A stretch of DNA of 64,000 nucleotides from a virus. Below the pieces are notes generated by a model. The model ran no database searches, was not told the origin of the DNA, and was given only the letters and a program-made list of their open reading frames with translations. A program made the translations under genes and the position numbers. Where the stretch lies: positions 20,466-84,465 of the IMG/VR virus record IMGVR_UViG_3300045988_065177. One strand, written 5' to 3'. Shown here piece after piece: positions 51,127 through 62,332 of this stretch (position 1 is the stretch's first letter; the number at the start of each line of letters is the position of its first letter).

Positions 51127-51563
51127 AGTATAAGAAAAAAGTAGCTTGGTTAAAAGCAAAGCAAGCATGGTGGGATAAACAAGGAAAAGACTTTCAGGCT
51201 GCAACTACCAGACCTGGGTCTATTAAAACTCGATAAATCATGATTGCGTTTATAATTGTGTGCATAATGTTTGCCGCGTATATTTATTATGACCCGTATG
51301 TAGATATTACAGAGGATAATGTACTACTATGGTATAATAAAAGCGGCAATAGAGAATATATTATTCTATGGTCGAGAAAAACTTAATTAAGGCATTTGTT
51401 GCCGTTCTATTAATCGTTGTAATTTACAACGTCAGCTTATGGTTATTATCCGAATCATTGTATGCTGCAAATATCTTGGGGTTGTTACTATTACTAGTGG
51501 CAATCCCAAGTTTAGTTTATAGGATATTCAAATATATTAAGAAACATTATTTAAATAAGGAAA

Positions 51564-52391
51564 ATGAAGACAATTATTAAGCTTTTGTGTGTATTAACTT
51601 TGGTGTTTGGCTTGTCTAGTTGTGGCTATGAGAGAATTGATGCTGGTTACGAAGGCATTAAGGTGAATCTATACGGAGACGGTAAGGGAGTAGACGATGT
51701 GTCTCTTGTTACTGGCGCGGTGTGGTATAATCCTGTTACTACGGCTGTATATGAATATCCTACATTCGTACAGACTGTGGACTATCCTCCTTTCAGTATT
51801 AATGCTAAAGATGGGTCATCATTTACTGTAGACCCTACAATTTCTTTGAAGATTGTTGACGGGAAATCACCAGAAGTATTTAAGAAGTATAGAAAGGAAG
51901 ATATTGTAGAGGTAATTAACACTACTTTGTATAACTACGTAAAGAATGCTTTTCGTATTCAGCTGAATAACTATACTACTGATGAACTAGTAAGTAAACG
52001 TGAGGAGTTTGAGAAGTCTATAGAAGATAGACTGTCAAAGGAACTTTTGGCTGAAAACTTTCAGCTTGAACAAATGACTTCTGGTCTTCAATATCCACAG
52101 ACGCTAGTCAATTCTATTGATGCTAAGAATGCTGCAATTCAACAGGCTTTGAAGGCAGAGAATGAAGTTAAGACTATTGAGGCAGAAGCTAAAAAGAAAG
52201 TAGCAGCCGCACAAGGAGAAGCAGAAGCTCTTAAGATTAAGGGTGATGCAGAAGCTGAATATAATAGAAAGATTTCAGCATCTTTGTCAGTTCTCATAGT
52301 TCAGCAGGATATGATTAAGAAGTGGGACGGAAAACTTCCTACTTATGGTCAGGTTCCCACCTTATTTAAAGACGTAGCTAATAACAAATGA
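51564..52391 (+). CDS. SPFH/band-7 family lipoprotein (second SPFH protein in the window)
   Basis: Lipoprotein signal ...LVFGLSSCGY. SPFH-like core ..SSFTVDPTISLKIVDGKSPEVFKKYRKEDIVEVINTTLYNYVKNAFRI...TDELVSKREEFEKSIEDRL.. followed by an AEAEK-rich coiled coil. Confidence 0.5.
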   Translation: MKTIIKLLCVLTLVFGLSSCGYERIDAGYEGIKVNLYGDGKGVDDVSLVTGAVWYNPVTTAVYEYPTFVQTVDYPPFSINAKDGSSFTVDPTISLKIVDGKSPEVFKKYRKEDIVEVINTTLYNYVKNAFRIQLNNYTTDELVSKREEFEKSIEDRLSKELLAENFQLEQMTSGLQYPQTLVNSIDAKNAAIQQALKAENEVKTIEAEAKKKVAAAQGEAEALKIKGDAEAEYNRKISASLSVLIVQQDMIKKWDGKLPTYGQVPTLFKDVANNK

Positions 52392-53245
52392 TGTATCTAG
52401 TAATATGCACTGTGATGGTAATCATCACGGTGCTTATTTTGAAAGATACCCATGTAACCGTTTATTACAATGGGTATAGCAGAAGTGTGGCACATATAGA
52501 AGAAGACTATGACCTTAAAGTTCCAGTGTGGCTAGTTTTAGTAATACTAATCCTAGGATTTATCCCAGTACTGAACATTATGCTATACACAGTAGGATAT
52601 TTATTCTATATAGTTCATGCTGTGTGGAATCCAGATAAGTTGTCTGGATATACACATAAGTTCAATCTAAGAGGAAATAATTTTCTAACTAGAATAGTAA
52701 AGAAGATATGGAAATTCTTAAATGTATGTGTATAACACTGAAACATCTTAGGCGAATACTTAGACATAAGTTTTGGGTAGCTTATTACTGTTTTCAGTTA
52801 GGTCTATACAAACAGGGTATCTTGCACGACTTATCTAAATTCGGATGGTATGAGTTCTCTCGTTCTGTAAAATTTTACGATGATGACACATCTCCCTTAA
52901 ACAAGGAAAAAGAAATTCTAGGATATTCTAGGTCTTATTTACATCACAGAGGAAGAAATCCACATCATTACGAGTACTGGGTAACTAAGCTAGACATTGG
53001 AGGTGTTCCAGTGAAGATGCCTAAAGAGTATGCTCTGGAACTAGTATGCGATTATCTGGCTGCCGGTAAAGTATACAATGGTAATAGTTTTCAAGGAGAA
53101 TATAATTGGTGGATTAAGTATATAAGTTCTCCCAGAGCTATCCATCCAGAAACGAAGGAATTTATCACTCAGTGCTTTAAGAATTTAGCTAGTGGTAAAG
53201 GCATGAAAAGTTTATTAACAATTAGTTATTAAAATAATTTTTAGA

Positions 53246-54793
53246 ATGGAAATAATTAATGCAACAGATGGCTATAAATTGGGCCACCACAGAATGTACC
53301 CAGAAGGTACTGAACAAGTTTACAGTAATTGGACTCCCAGAAGCAACAAATACTTTCCAGAAGCCACTGAAGGTTCTGTAGTATTCGGAATCCAGTATTT
53401 AATTAAAAGGTATTTGATTGACGAATTTAACAAGAATTTCTTTGGATTGCCTAAAGAGAAGGCTGTAGAAATGTTTTATCGAAGAGTTCACAACTTCGTG
53501 GGAATTGAATCTGTAGGGTATAGACATATTGAAGCCTTGTATGATTTAGGTTATCTTCCTATTCGCATTAAAGCGTTGCCAGAAGGTTCAGTATGCCCTA
53601 TCAGAGTTCCCATGATGACTATTACTAATACAAAGTCAGAGTTCTTCTGGTTAACTAATTATTTAGAGACTTTAATTAGTTGTACTCTGTGGATGCCTTG
53701 CACTTCTGCTACTAGAGCAAGACTCTATAAGAAGGAACTTAAAAGACATGCAGTACATACTGGATTTCCAGAAGATGTGAATCTGGATTTCTTGTGTCAT
53801 GACTTCTCCATGAGAGGAATGGCTGGTTTAGAAGCCGCTATTATTTCTGGTATGGCACATATGACTTCGTTTGTTGGGAGTGAAACCATCCCAGCTATTG
53901 CTGCTCTGGAAGAATACTATGGTGCAAATTCTGACAATGAATTAATCGCTGCTACTGTTCCAGCTACAGAACATTCTGTAATGTGCGCTGGTGGGGAAGA
54001 GGATGAACTTCAAACCTTTAAGAGATTAATTAATGAATTGTATCCATCTGGCTTCGTTTCTATAGTTTCTGATACTTGGGACTTTTGGAATGTTATTGAA
54101 AACTTCCTTCCCAAACTAAAGAAGGATATTATGGCTCGTGATGGACGTGTAGTTATTCGTCCAGATAGTGGAGACCCAGTCGATATTATCTGTGGTTTAA
54201 GAACTAATCCTCATTTCCATACTAGGATGAAAGAGGGTAAGTATTATTGTTGCTATGCCCCATTTAACGATGATGCTGAGTATGTGGAAGTTTCAGAAGG
54301 TCAATACTATGGTGCTTATTATATGCTTGGTAAGATTTTTGGATGGAATACTACTTCTAAGAATTATCGCTATCCTAGTACGAAAATAGGTTTGTTGTAT
54401 GGTGATTCTATCACTCTTGAACGTCAGAAGCAAATCTATATGCGACTTGAGAATGCTCATATGGCGGCTTGCAATCTTGTTCTAGGTGTTGGCTCATTTT
54501 CATATCAATACGCAAGTAGAGATGGCTTAGGTTTTGCAATTAAAGCTACTGCTTGTGTAATTAATGGAGAATTGAAAGAAATATTCAAACATCCTAAGAC
54601 TGATGATGGAACTAAGAACTCTTTGAAAGGTCTGATTTCAGTACATAAAGGTGAAAATGGTATTTATGCTACTGACCAGTGTACTAAAGAGGAGGAAAAT
54701 ACTGGTTTATTGCAAACAGTCTTTGAGAACGGAATCCTGAAGAAAGGCTTTACTTTGCAAGAAATCCGGAATAATATTGATAAGAGTTTGTAA
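53246..54793 (+). CDS. Nicotinamide phosphoribosyltransferase family protein (NadV/NAMPT-like; possibly Namat of NARP1)
   Basis: N-terminal INATDGYKLGHHRMYPEGTEQVYSNWTPR closely matches the NAMPT signature (..[26 protein letters not shown]). 515 aa. Confidence 0.65.
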   Translation: MEIINATDGYKLGHHRMYPEGTEQVYSNWTPRSNKYFPEATEGSVVFGIQYLIKRYLIDEFNKNFFGLPKEKAVEMFYRRVHNFVGIESVGYRHIEALYDLGYLPIRIKALPEGSVCPIRVPMMTITNTKSEFFWLTNYLETLISCTLWMPCTSATRARLYKKELKRHAVHTGFPEDVNLDFLCHDFSMRGMAGLEAAIISGMAHMTSFVGSETIPAIAALEEYYGANSDNELIAATVPATEHSVMCAGGEEDELQTFKRLINELYPSGFVSIVSDTWDFWNVIENFLPKLKKDIMARDGRVVIRPDSGDPVDIICGLRTNPHFHTRMKEGKYYCCYAPFNDDAEYVEVSEGQYYGAYYMLGKIFGWNTTSKNYRYPSTKIGLLYGDSITLERQKQIYMRLENAHMAACNLVLGVGSFSYQYASRDGLGFAIKATACVINGELKEIFKHPKTDDGTKNSLKGLISVHKGENGIYATDQCTKEEENTGLLQTVFENGILKKGFTLQEIRNNIDKSL

Positions 54794-54810
54794 TGAAGTT
54801 CTAAAATATA

Positions 54811-55623
54811 TTGAAGATGAAATTATTAAACTTAATTAACTTGGACAAGAGTGAGATTAAGTATAACCTCACTAGATTTCCTGACGGAGAACCTCAGATA
54901 AGTTTTTCCGACGAATTTGATAGGAAGGATTCAGTAAAGGTTATATGTAGAATTACTTCTGCTGAAGAATTATTTATCCTAACTCAAGTCGGAGACATTC
55001 TTGACAGACAAGAGATTGAGTGGGATTTGTTTATTACCTATCTAATGTCTATGCGTATGGATAGAGTAATGGACTTTAACCGCCCATTTTCTCTGAAAAT
55101 AGTTTGCAGTATTTTAAACACTATGAATTATCGTTATGTTACGGTTTTGGAACCTCACTCTGATAGAACAGAAAAACTTCTAGGGGATAGATGCGAAGCG
55201 CTTGAATTTAAACATAATCTTGCCACCCAAACTAATATTGTATTCCCAGATGCTGGAGCTTACCAAAGGTACAAAATTCTCTCTAATAATTGGGGACATA
55301 TTGTGTTCAATAAGGTGAGAGATTTGGAAACTGGTAAGATTAAGGAGTTTTCCATAGGAAGAGAGGTTAATTGTTATTATTCGACCTTTACTTTTATTGA
55401 TGATTTGTGTGATGCTGGAGGAACATTCCTTGGAGAGCTTAAAGTTCTTAAAGAGAGATATCCAGACTCTAAATTCGAGATTATAGTTTGTCATGCTGTA
55501 AATATCGAAGGCTTGGTAAAGTTGTGTAACAATTTTGATCATGTTATAATAACTAATTCATATTGTGATTACGGATATAAGCCTAGTAATAATAATTTAA
55601 CAGTGATAGATGTATGCGGATAG
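54811..55623 (+). CDS. Ribose-phosphate pyrophosphokinase (Prs)-like protein (possibly ADPR-PP synthetase Adps of NARP1); TAG stop immediately followed by in-frame TAA
   Basis: ..LTRFPDGEPQISFSDEFDRKDSVKVI.. matches the Prs N-terminal motif (F.DGE..V...E.VRG.DV.I). It is an adjacent, co-oriented neighbour of the NAMPT-like gene. The gene ends ...ggatagtaa. Confidence 0.55.
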   Translation: MKMKLLNLINLDKSEIKYNLTRFPDGEPQISFSDEFDRKDSVKVICRITSAEELFILTQVGDILDRQEIEWDLFITYLMSMRMDRVMDFNRPFSLKIVCSILNTMNYRYVTVLEPHSDRTEKLLGDRCEALEFKHNLATQTNIVFPDAGAYQRYKILSNNWGHIVFNKVRDLETGKIKEFSIGREVNCYYSTFTFIDDLCDAGGTFLGELKVLKERYPDSKFEIIVCHAVNIEGLVKLCNNFDHVIITNSYCDYGYKPSNNNLTVIDVCG

Positions 55624-58237
55624 TAATTTAAAAAGAGATGGTAATTGAAGGTCCATTTTACAGGTTAACCCCAATTAACGATTCATCTCCTCGTTTCGAC
55701 TTGGAGTTGTTATGTGATATTGGTGGTAAAAATCCGAGAAAAGAGTTCAAGGTAGTAGGATATGGATTCCTGCTAGAATCTGCAGTGGAAAGATGTATCC
55801 ACTATGCAGTTAGAAGAAAATTCGGAAAAGATGAAGTTGTAACTTTAGGTAAGTACTTGGATGAGTTTAAAAAAGAAAAGAAGGAGATTGAACTCCAAAT
55901 CTACGGAAGTACAAGAAATTCTAGCGGAGAGGCTGAATAAACTTTGTAGGTTTCTAGATGAAGAGTACGATATTAATACTGGAGGGTGTTGCTATGTAGC
56001 ATATTGCCTGGCAAAACTTCTTAGTAAGGACAAATTCAAGTTTAGAGTAATAATATACGAAGATTATGAGTTAGAAGATAGATTTAGTGAAATTTATGAA
56101 AGTCACTATCATTACGCTATTGGCATCGGAAATTATACAATAAATTCTGCTGAATGTGATGAGGACGAAAGCTTTTGCAGAAATATATATTATAATGTAA
56201 GAGCTTCTGAAATTCTGGACCACTATAAAAATTGTAGCTGGAATGAATGTTACAATTCAGCAAAGAATAAGTTTATCTTTAGAACTATTCAAGTATTTTA
56301 TGACGATCTTACGGAAGACTTACGAGAAGGATAAACAGATTGTATATACACATGACAAGTTTATCTACTGTAGTTCGGTCTATCAAATGTGGGGATGGGG
56401 AGCAGCCCTTATGGAAGAGAAGTATTATGCTTCTGATAAACCTATTACACTTAAAAAGAAAAATTTAATCTCTGTAAAGAGAAAAAACTATTCATTGCAT
56501 AGATTTTTCGAATTACAGTTTGCTCCAGAAGAATATTTAATTAATAACGGTTTTAAAATTGTAGAAAATGAAACAGGATGTAGCTGAGTATTTGATTGAC
56601 TCGTTTGTAGACTTTAAGGGTGAGGAACACAAAATTGTAGCGTGTGCTTTGAGCCAATCTCCAGAAGAGAGTGAGGATGGTTGCAAACTTGCAGTAGGTT
56701 GGGTAAACGAAATGGACGAATTTGTCTGTGTAGATGATCCAGATTACGCAGAGGTTTGCAGAGTCATATCTGTTGGTATCAGTGTATGTCACCCAACTGA
56801 TACGTTTGACAAGGAGAGAGGTAAAGCTAATGCCTACAATAAAGCTTTGCACGACCCTAAATGTCCTACTATCTATACTAGAGATAGAGGAGTAGCTAGT
56901 AAGACTTTGGTAAAGGCTTTCTTGAAACAAGAGGTTAATTTCCTTAAAGAGAATCCAGAGAGAATTATCAAGGGTTACAATCAGATGAAAGCTCGTTTCG
57001 ACAAAAAGCAAGCTCTAAAAGCTAAAATGGAAGGTCTCTCTGATAATGAGAAACTTGTTGTGAAACTGGCAATGAAGGAAGGTGTGGATGTAGTCGGATG
57101 CGTTAAGCTCGTAGAGGAAGCTAAGGCTGCAGGTATTGAGATAAATGAACAAGACTAAGTTTTGCTATATTTTAATTATCATAATGGGATTAATAATTAT
57201 ATATTTGTCTGTCCCTAAGAGAGATAGTAATCCTAGCACTCCTAATGTGCAAGAGATTGTGAAGGATTCTATCATTAGGGACAGCATTTATATAGTTAAT
57301 GATTCCATTGTTGAGAAAATTAAATATATAGACAAGGAGTATGATGAGAAAGTGTCTACTATTATGTCTAGTTCTGATAGCATCAATTTGTGCTTTTTCT
57401 CAGAATACATCGACCGTTACAATAACCAGCGAACAGTTAAAGACAACTAATCTGATATTTGCTGAACATCAGAAATTGTCCGAAACTGTTCCTTTATTGA
57501 AGAGCCAAATAACTAATTTAGAACTTATAAACAAAAGTTGGGAGAAAACGGATTCTGTTCGCAGAGTCCAGTTACTGTATTATGGAAACATAATTGAAGA
57601 TAAAAATAGATCAATTGAAGGTCTTAATAAGTCTTTAAAGAAAAAGCAGAACGTAATCAAATATGGAGCTGCTGGCTCATGTGTATTAATATTATTATGC
57701 CTATTACTGAAGTAATGTTTAAGGACAAAGATGGTTTTCACTATAAACATCCTGAACGTAGCTGTACTAGGTGTAAGAACTATCCCTGTTTGCCAAATAT
57801 GGACAAACTACAAGGGGACTTTGCCTCTTATGGTTGCAGGAAGTTCGAGGATATTAATACCTTTGAGGTGTGGAAACCAAAGAAGTAACTTACCATGTTA
57901 AGTTTGTAGCTGAATGTGAGGACGGAATGGGTTATGCAAATTATGTCTTTGAACGTCTAGAATATGATAATCTAGATTACAAAGACATAATGTGTGTTCG
58001 ATTTCCGAATTGGAACCAGTGTTCTATGAAATTAGGTGATGTTGGATATGTATCTCTAAGATATGTAGAAGAAGGCATCGATAAATGGTACGATGGTACA
58101 GATTTCGTTCCATATAAGGAGACGAATATAATTTTCCTGAAATTTATTCATGAAAAACCGTCTCTAGAATGTGGACAAATATTATTAGATTAACATTAAA
58201 ATTAGATGAACTATGAAGTATTTTTAAAGAATAATTT

Positions 58238-59101
58238 ATGACTGTATTAGGAGATAAGCTGAGAGAGGCTTTGAATGATAAAGCAAACGATGTTAATAGC
58301 TATGTATGGAAAGGACCTAAAGTAAACGGAGTCCAGGAGGAAATAAAGTTAGTGGATGCTGATTATGACCAGCTGAAACGCTTCTATAACCACTGTGAAC
58401 AAATGTTGTACAACTCGGATACCAAGAATCCAGGTCGTTTAACATTACTAGATATAGTGTCCGATCAAATACAGAGATGTCGAGCAGAGCTTCTTATTAG
58501 ATGGCTTAGAGCTGAGAAACAATACACAAACACTCGCTGTTTGGAAGACCTGAGAGTTACCATCAAGAATAATAAAGAGATTTTGACCAATGAGGCTATT
58601 AAAGTTTATCCTATTGGAAATATTCTTAATGGTATCCCTGTAGAGTTTAGAGAAGTACCTGTAAGTTTAGTTATGGATGCTTGTCTGGATTCTTTGGGAT
58701 TGTTTGATAACTCTCATTTGACGTTGAATTTCATTGTCAAGATGGGACTTTGGTTTACACAGCAAGAAATGCAAAAGGACTTGTATCGTAAAGACCCTGT
58801 AACAGGTAAAGCTGTCAATAGACTTTTGGTGGTAAGTAAGGAACTTCGTTTGAATCCTTCTATTGCTCTTAAAATCTGTGATACTGGATTAAGTTATGCT
58901 GAGTTTAGATCGATGTGTAGACTGAAACGAGATAAATATGCAAACTTAACTAGTGATCAGTTGAGACTGTTGTCGAGCAAGGTTCTTTATCGCTTCCAGA
59001 ATCAATGTGAAAGTCAAGCCAAACAGTGGAAGGACAAAATGGAAGAAATCAAGAAAGTTGCCGAACTTAAAGGTTGGGACATCACTAGAAATATAGACTA
59101 A
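58238..59101 (+). CDS. Hypothetical protein (287 aa)
   Basis: Intact ORF upstream of the helicase gene; ATGA overlap with the next gene. Confidence 0.35.
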   Translation: MTVLGDKLREALNDKANDVNSYVWKGPKVNGVQEEIKLVDADYDQLKRFYNHCEQMLYNSDTKNPGRLTLLDIVSDQIQRCRAELLIRWLRAEKQYTNTRCLEDLRVTIKNNKEILTNEAIKVYPIGNILNGIPVEFREVPVSLVMDACLDSLGLFDNSHLTLNFIVKMGLWFTQQEMQKDLYRKDPVTGKAVNRLLVVSKELRLNPSIALKICDTGLSYAEFRSMCRLKRDKYANLTSDQLRLLSSKVLYRFQNQCESQAKQWKDKMEEIKKVAELKGWDITRNID

Positions 59102-60378
59102 TGAAGGACCTTTTTACTCCTGTCACTCGTGATGAGCGGCAGGAGGAGTCCGTCAAGAAGTGGATTAAGTCCAAAGGAAGAGGTACAATAGTTGCTTGTA
59201 CTGGATATGGAAAGACTAGGGTTGCTACTATTATTATAGGAAAACTTATTTCTAAGTATCCTTCTATCAAGGTATTAGTAGTCGTTCCAAATTCTACTTT
59301 GCAAGAACAATGGTCTGGAATCCTAGACAGTTTGGGATATGGATTGAATGTCGAAGTTGGAATTATTAATTCCATGGCAAAGAACGGGTATGATTGTGAC
59401 CTTCTAATTCTGGATGAAATTCACAGATGTCCTGCTGATACTTTCTCTTCAGTATTTACTAAGGTAAAATATAAACTTATTCTTGGCTTAACTGCTACTA
59501 TAGAGAGACTCGATGGAAAGCACAGTATCATAGAAAAATACTGTCCAGAGATTGATAATATTTCTATAGAAGTAGCCAAAGCCAATGGTTGGGTATCAAA
59601 CTTTTCAGAATATCAAGTTATAATAACGGTGGACGACATAGACTTGTATAGAAAATATAACAAGGAGTTTGTTCAACATTTTGAATATTTTAACTTTGAT
59701 TTTGACTTAGTTATGAGTATGTTAGGTCCAAACGGATTTATCAATAGGGCTAAGTATAGGGACGAACTATGTAACCGAAATAGCAAGCTGAATAGGAAAG
59801 AAGTTTTCAAGGAAATTACTTTTCATGCCACGGCGTTCATGAGAGCTTTGCAGAGTAGGAAAAAGTTCATATACAATCATGCTAAGAAGCTAGAAATAGC
59901 CAAGGAGATAATCAAGTATAGGTCTGATAAGAAAATCATTACCTTTTCAGCTAATGTGAAAATGGCTGAAAGCATAGGTATAGGATATGTTTATACTGGA
60001 AGAGAGAGTAAAAAGAAAAACAGAATAACCATAGAAGAATTTTCCACACTTAGTTCTGGAGTGCTTAATAGCGTCCAGCTAGCTAATGAGGGTTTAGACT
60101 GTAAGGGTTTATCTGTTGGTATTGTTCTTGGTTTAGATTCCAGTCCTATAAAGAGTAAGCAGAGAACTGGTAGGGTAATACGAAAGGAAGAACCTACTAA
60201 GTATGCTGAAATGTTCACAATTGTTATTGAAAACACTGTAGAGTGTGAATGGTACAAGAAATCACACGAAGGAGTGAATTATATAACTATTGATGAAGAG
60301 AATCTTATGAAAGTTCTAAGGGGAGAACCCTATGAGCCTTATAAGAAGAAAATACAAAATTTTACTTATCGTTTTTAA
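59101..60378 (+). CDS. Superfamily 2 helicase (DEAD/DEAH-box-like)
   Basis: Motif I ACTGYGKTRVA, motif II LILDEIH, helicase C-terminal motifs (..GLDCKGLSVGIVL.., QRTGRVIRK). Confidence 0.55.
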   Translation: MKDLFTPVTRDERQEESVKKWIKSKGRGTIVACTGYGKTRVATIIIGKLISKYPSIKVLVVVPNSTLQEQWSGILDSLGYGLNVEVGIINSMAKNGYDCDLLILDEIHRCPADTFSSVFTKVKYKLILGLTATIERLDGKHSIIEKYCPEIDNISIEVAKANGWVSNFSEYQVIITVDDIDLYRKYNKEFVQHFEYFNFDFDLVMSMLGPNGFINRAKYRDELCNRNSKLNRKEVFKEITFHATAFMRALQSRKKFIYNHAKKLEIAKEIIKYRSDKKIITFSANVKMAESIGIGYVYTGRESKKKNRITIEEFSTLSSGVLNSVQLANEGLDCKGLSVGIVLGLDSSPIKSKQRTGRVIRKEEPTKYAEMFTIVIENTVECEWYKKSHEGVNYITIDEENLMKVLRGEPYEPYKKKIQNFTYRF

Positions 60379-60635
60379 TTATGGAAACTTATTACACTAA
60401 GAAAGAGTATAATGAGATGAAATCTGCACTTACCAAGAAATGTAAGTCGCTAGAAACTAAAGTTAGTAAACTGACATCTGAGTTGAAGGAATTAAAGAAG
60501 GACTACGCAGTACTTCTTGAAACCGCTAATGAGAAGGTTGAAGACTAAAGTTTATCACGTAACTAAGTTTTAAGACCTTAACAGGTAAACTAGACTTAGT
60601 GTATAGATTAGTAGAAAATCTATTAATTTGTACAC

Positions 60636-61241
60636 GTGAGAAATCTTGAATTAAAACAACAGCTTCTGTTTTGTGAGAAATATAATATAAATCCAAGCGA
60701 GTTGTTGTTGCTAGAAATTATTCTTATTGCCCAAGAAGGCGACGAACCAGAAATTGTCCATGAGTATTTCTCCTCTAGAGTATGTGCTCGTGGTTTTACA
60801 ATAGAACTATTAACTGGACTTCGCAATGCTGGAATTATTCATAAATCCTATAAAATTCCTGAAAAAGGAAGTGTATTTAATCCCTTAGATATTCCACTAA
60901 ACAAAAATGTGGTTAAAGATTTCTACAAATGCTCATTTGAGCTAGGTAAGGAATTATGGGATACCTATCCTCAATTCGGGATAGTTAATAATACACAAGT
61001 GGGTCTGAAAAGCGTATCTAAGAAATTTGATACAATTGAAGACTTCTATAGGTTTTATGGTAGGACTATCAGATGGAAGCCAGAAATTCATAATCAAATT
61101 ATAGAGCTAGTAAAGTGGGCTAGAGAGCACAATATTCTATGTACCACTATTGCCAACTTTGTAATAGACCATAAGTGGGAAGAACTTGAAGCACTAAAAG
61201 ATGAAGGCGGAGTTAATTATGATTCCATGAGATTGCTATGA
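60636..61241 (+). CDS. Hypothetical protein, possibly a replication initiation or helicase-loader partner
   Basis: Intact 201-aa ORF immediately upstream of the DnaB-like gene (overlapping ATGA). Confidence 0.3.
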   Translation: MRNLELKQQLLFCEKYNINPSELLLLEIILIAQEGDEPEIVHEYFSSRVCARGFTIELLTGLRNAGIIHKSYKIPEKGSVFNPLDIPLNKNVVKDFYKCSFELGKELWDTYPQFGIVNNTQVGLKSVSKKFDTIEDFYRFYGRTIRWKPEIHNQIIELVKWAREHNILCTTIANFVIDHKWEELEALKDEGGVNYDSMRLL

Positions 61242-62332
61242 TTTCTGAGAAGCTTCTTTATGAAATTGATAGAGGTAGATTGGGGTTAAATCATGGTATA
61301 TCTATGAAACTTCCTAAACTAGAGAGTATTATTGATGGAGTTACTAGGGAAACCTATACACTAATTCTATCTAACTCTGGTGCAGGTAAAACTTCATTTG
61401 CCCTTTATGCTTATGTTTATAGACCACTAATGGAACATCTTGATGATGATGATTTTAAGGTATTATATTTTAGTCTAGAGATGGGAGAAGTAGCCTTATA
61501 TATTAAGCTATTATCCATATACATCTTCGAAACGTATGGAATACAATTATCTTTTAAGAAGATTCTTTCAAGAGAAAAGGAATATATTTTGTCAGAGGAA
61601 CATTATGACCTAGTTAAGCAATGTATGCCCTGGGTAGATAAGATTAGTAAAAAGCTGGAAATCTATGACAAGAAAGTGTCTCCAAAAAAGGTGTATGCTA
61701 TCTTGAAAACTAGGTTAGAAGAAATGGGAACTTTTTCTGAAAGTGAGACAAGACTTCTATATAAGCCTAATAATCCTAATCTTATCTATAATATTGTAGT
61801 AGACCATATTGGTCTAGTTGGTACTAAACCTGACATAGACTTACTTTCTAGCTATCTTCTCTTCTTTAGAGATAAGTGTGGCGTTAGTCCTGTAGTAATA
61901 CAACAAGCTAATAGAGAGCAAGGAAACATTGAAAGGTTTAAGCAGGGAAAGAGTGCGTTTACTATTCATGATGCTAAAGACTCTGGTAATACTGTGCAGG
62001 ATTGTAATATCATGATTGCACTGTATAATCCGCACAGGGATGGATTGAAAACTTATAAACATTATAATATCGAGCATCTAAATTCTTATTTTAGAAGCAT
62101 AATGGTACTTAAGAACCGATATGGTGATTGTGATGTTGAGGTTGGAGTGAACTTCTTCGGCTGGATTAATATGTTCCACGAGCTTCCAAAGCCCGATGAA
62201 ATTTATGATTATGAAAGGTATACAAATCCGAATTATATATTAGAAGATAGTAGTTCTATAGTAGAACAGGAGCTAGATGATATTACAGAATTAGATGATT
62301 CAAATGAAAACTTTAATTTTGCATTAGAATAA
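61238..62332 (+). CDS. DnaB-like replicative helicase (RecA-fold C-terminal domain)
   Basis: Walker A LILSNSGAGKTSFALY (cf. DnaB GARPSMGKTAF), Walker B-like VVDHIGLV, arginine finger region. Confidence 0.5.
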   Translation: MISEKLLYEIDRGRLGLNHGISMKLPKLESIIDGVTRETYTLILSNSGAGKTSFALYAYVYRPLMEHLDDDDFKVLYFSLEMGEVALYIKLLSIYIFETYGIQLSFKKILSREKEYILSEEHYDLVKQCMPWVDKISKKLEIYDKKVSPKKVYAILKTRLEEMGTFSESETRLLYKPNNPNLIYNIVVDHIGLVGTKPDIDLLSSYLLFFRDKCGVSPVVIQQANREQGNIERFKQGKSAFTIHDAKDSGNTVQDCNIMIALYNPHRDGLKTYKHYNIEHLNSYFRSIMVLKNRYGDCDVEVGVNFFGWINMFHELPKPDEIYDYERYTNPNYILEDSSSIVEQELDDITELDDSNENFNFALE

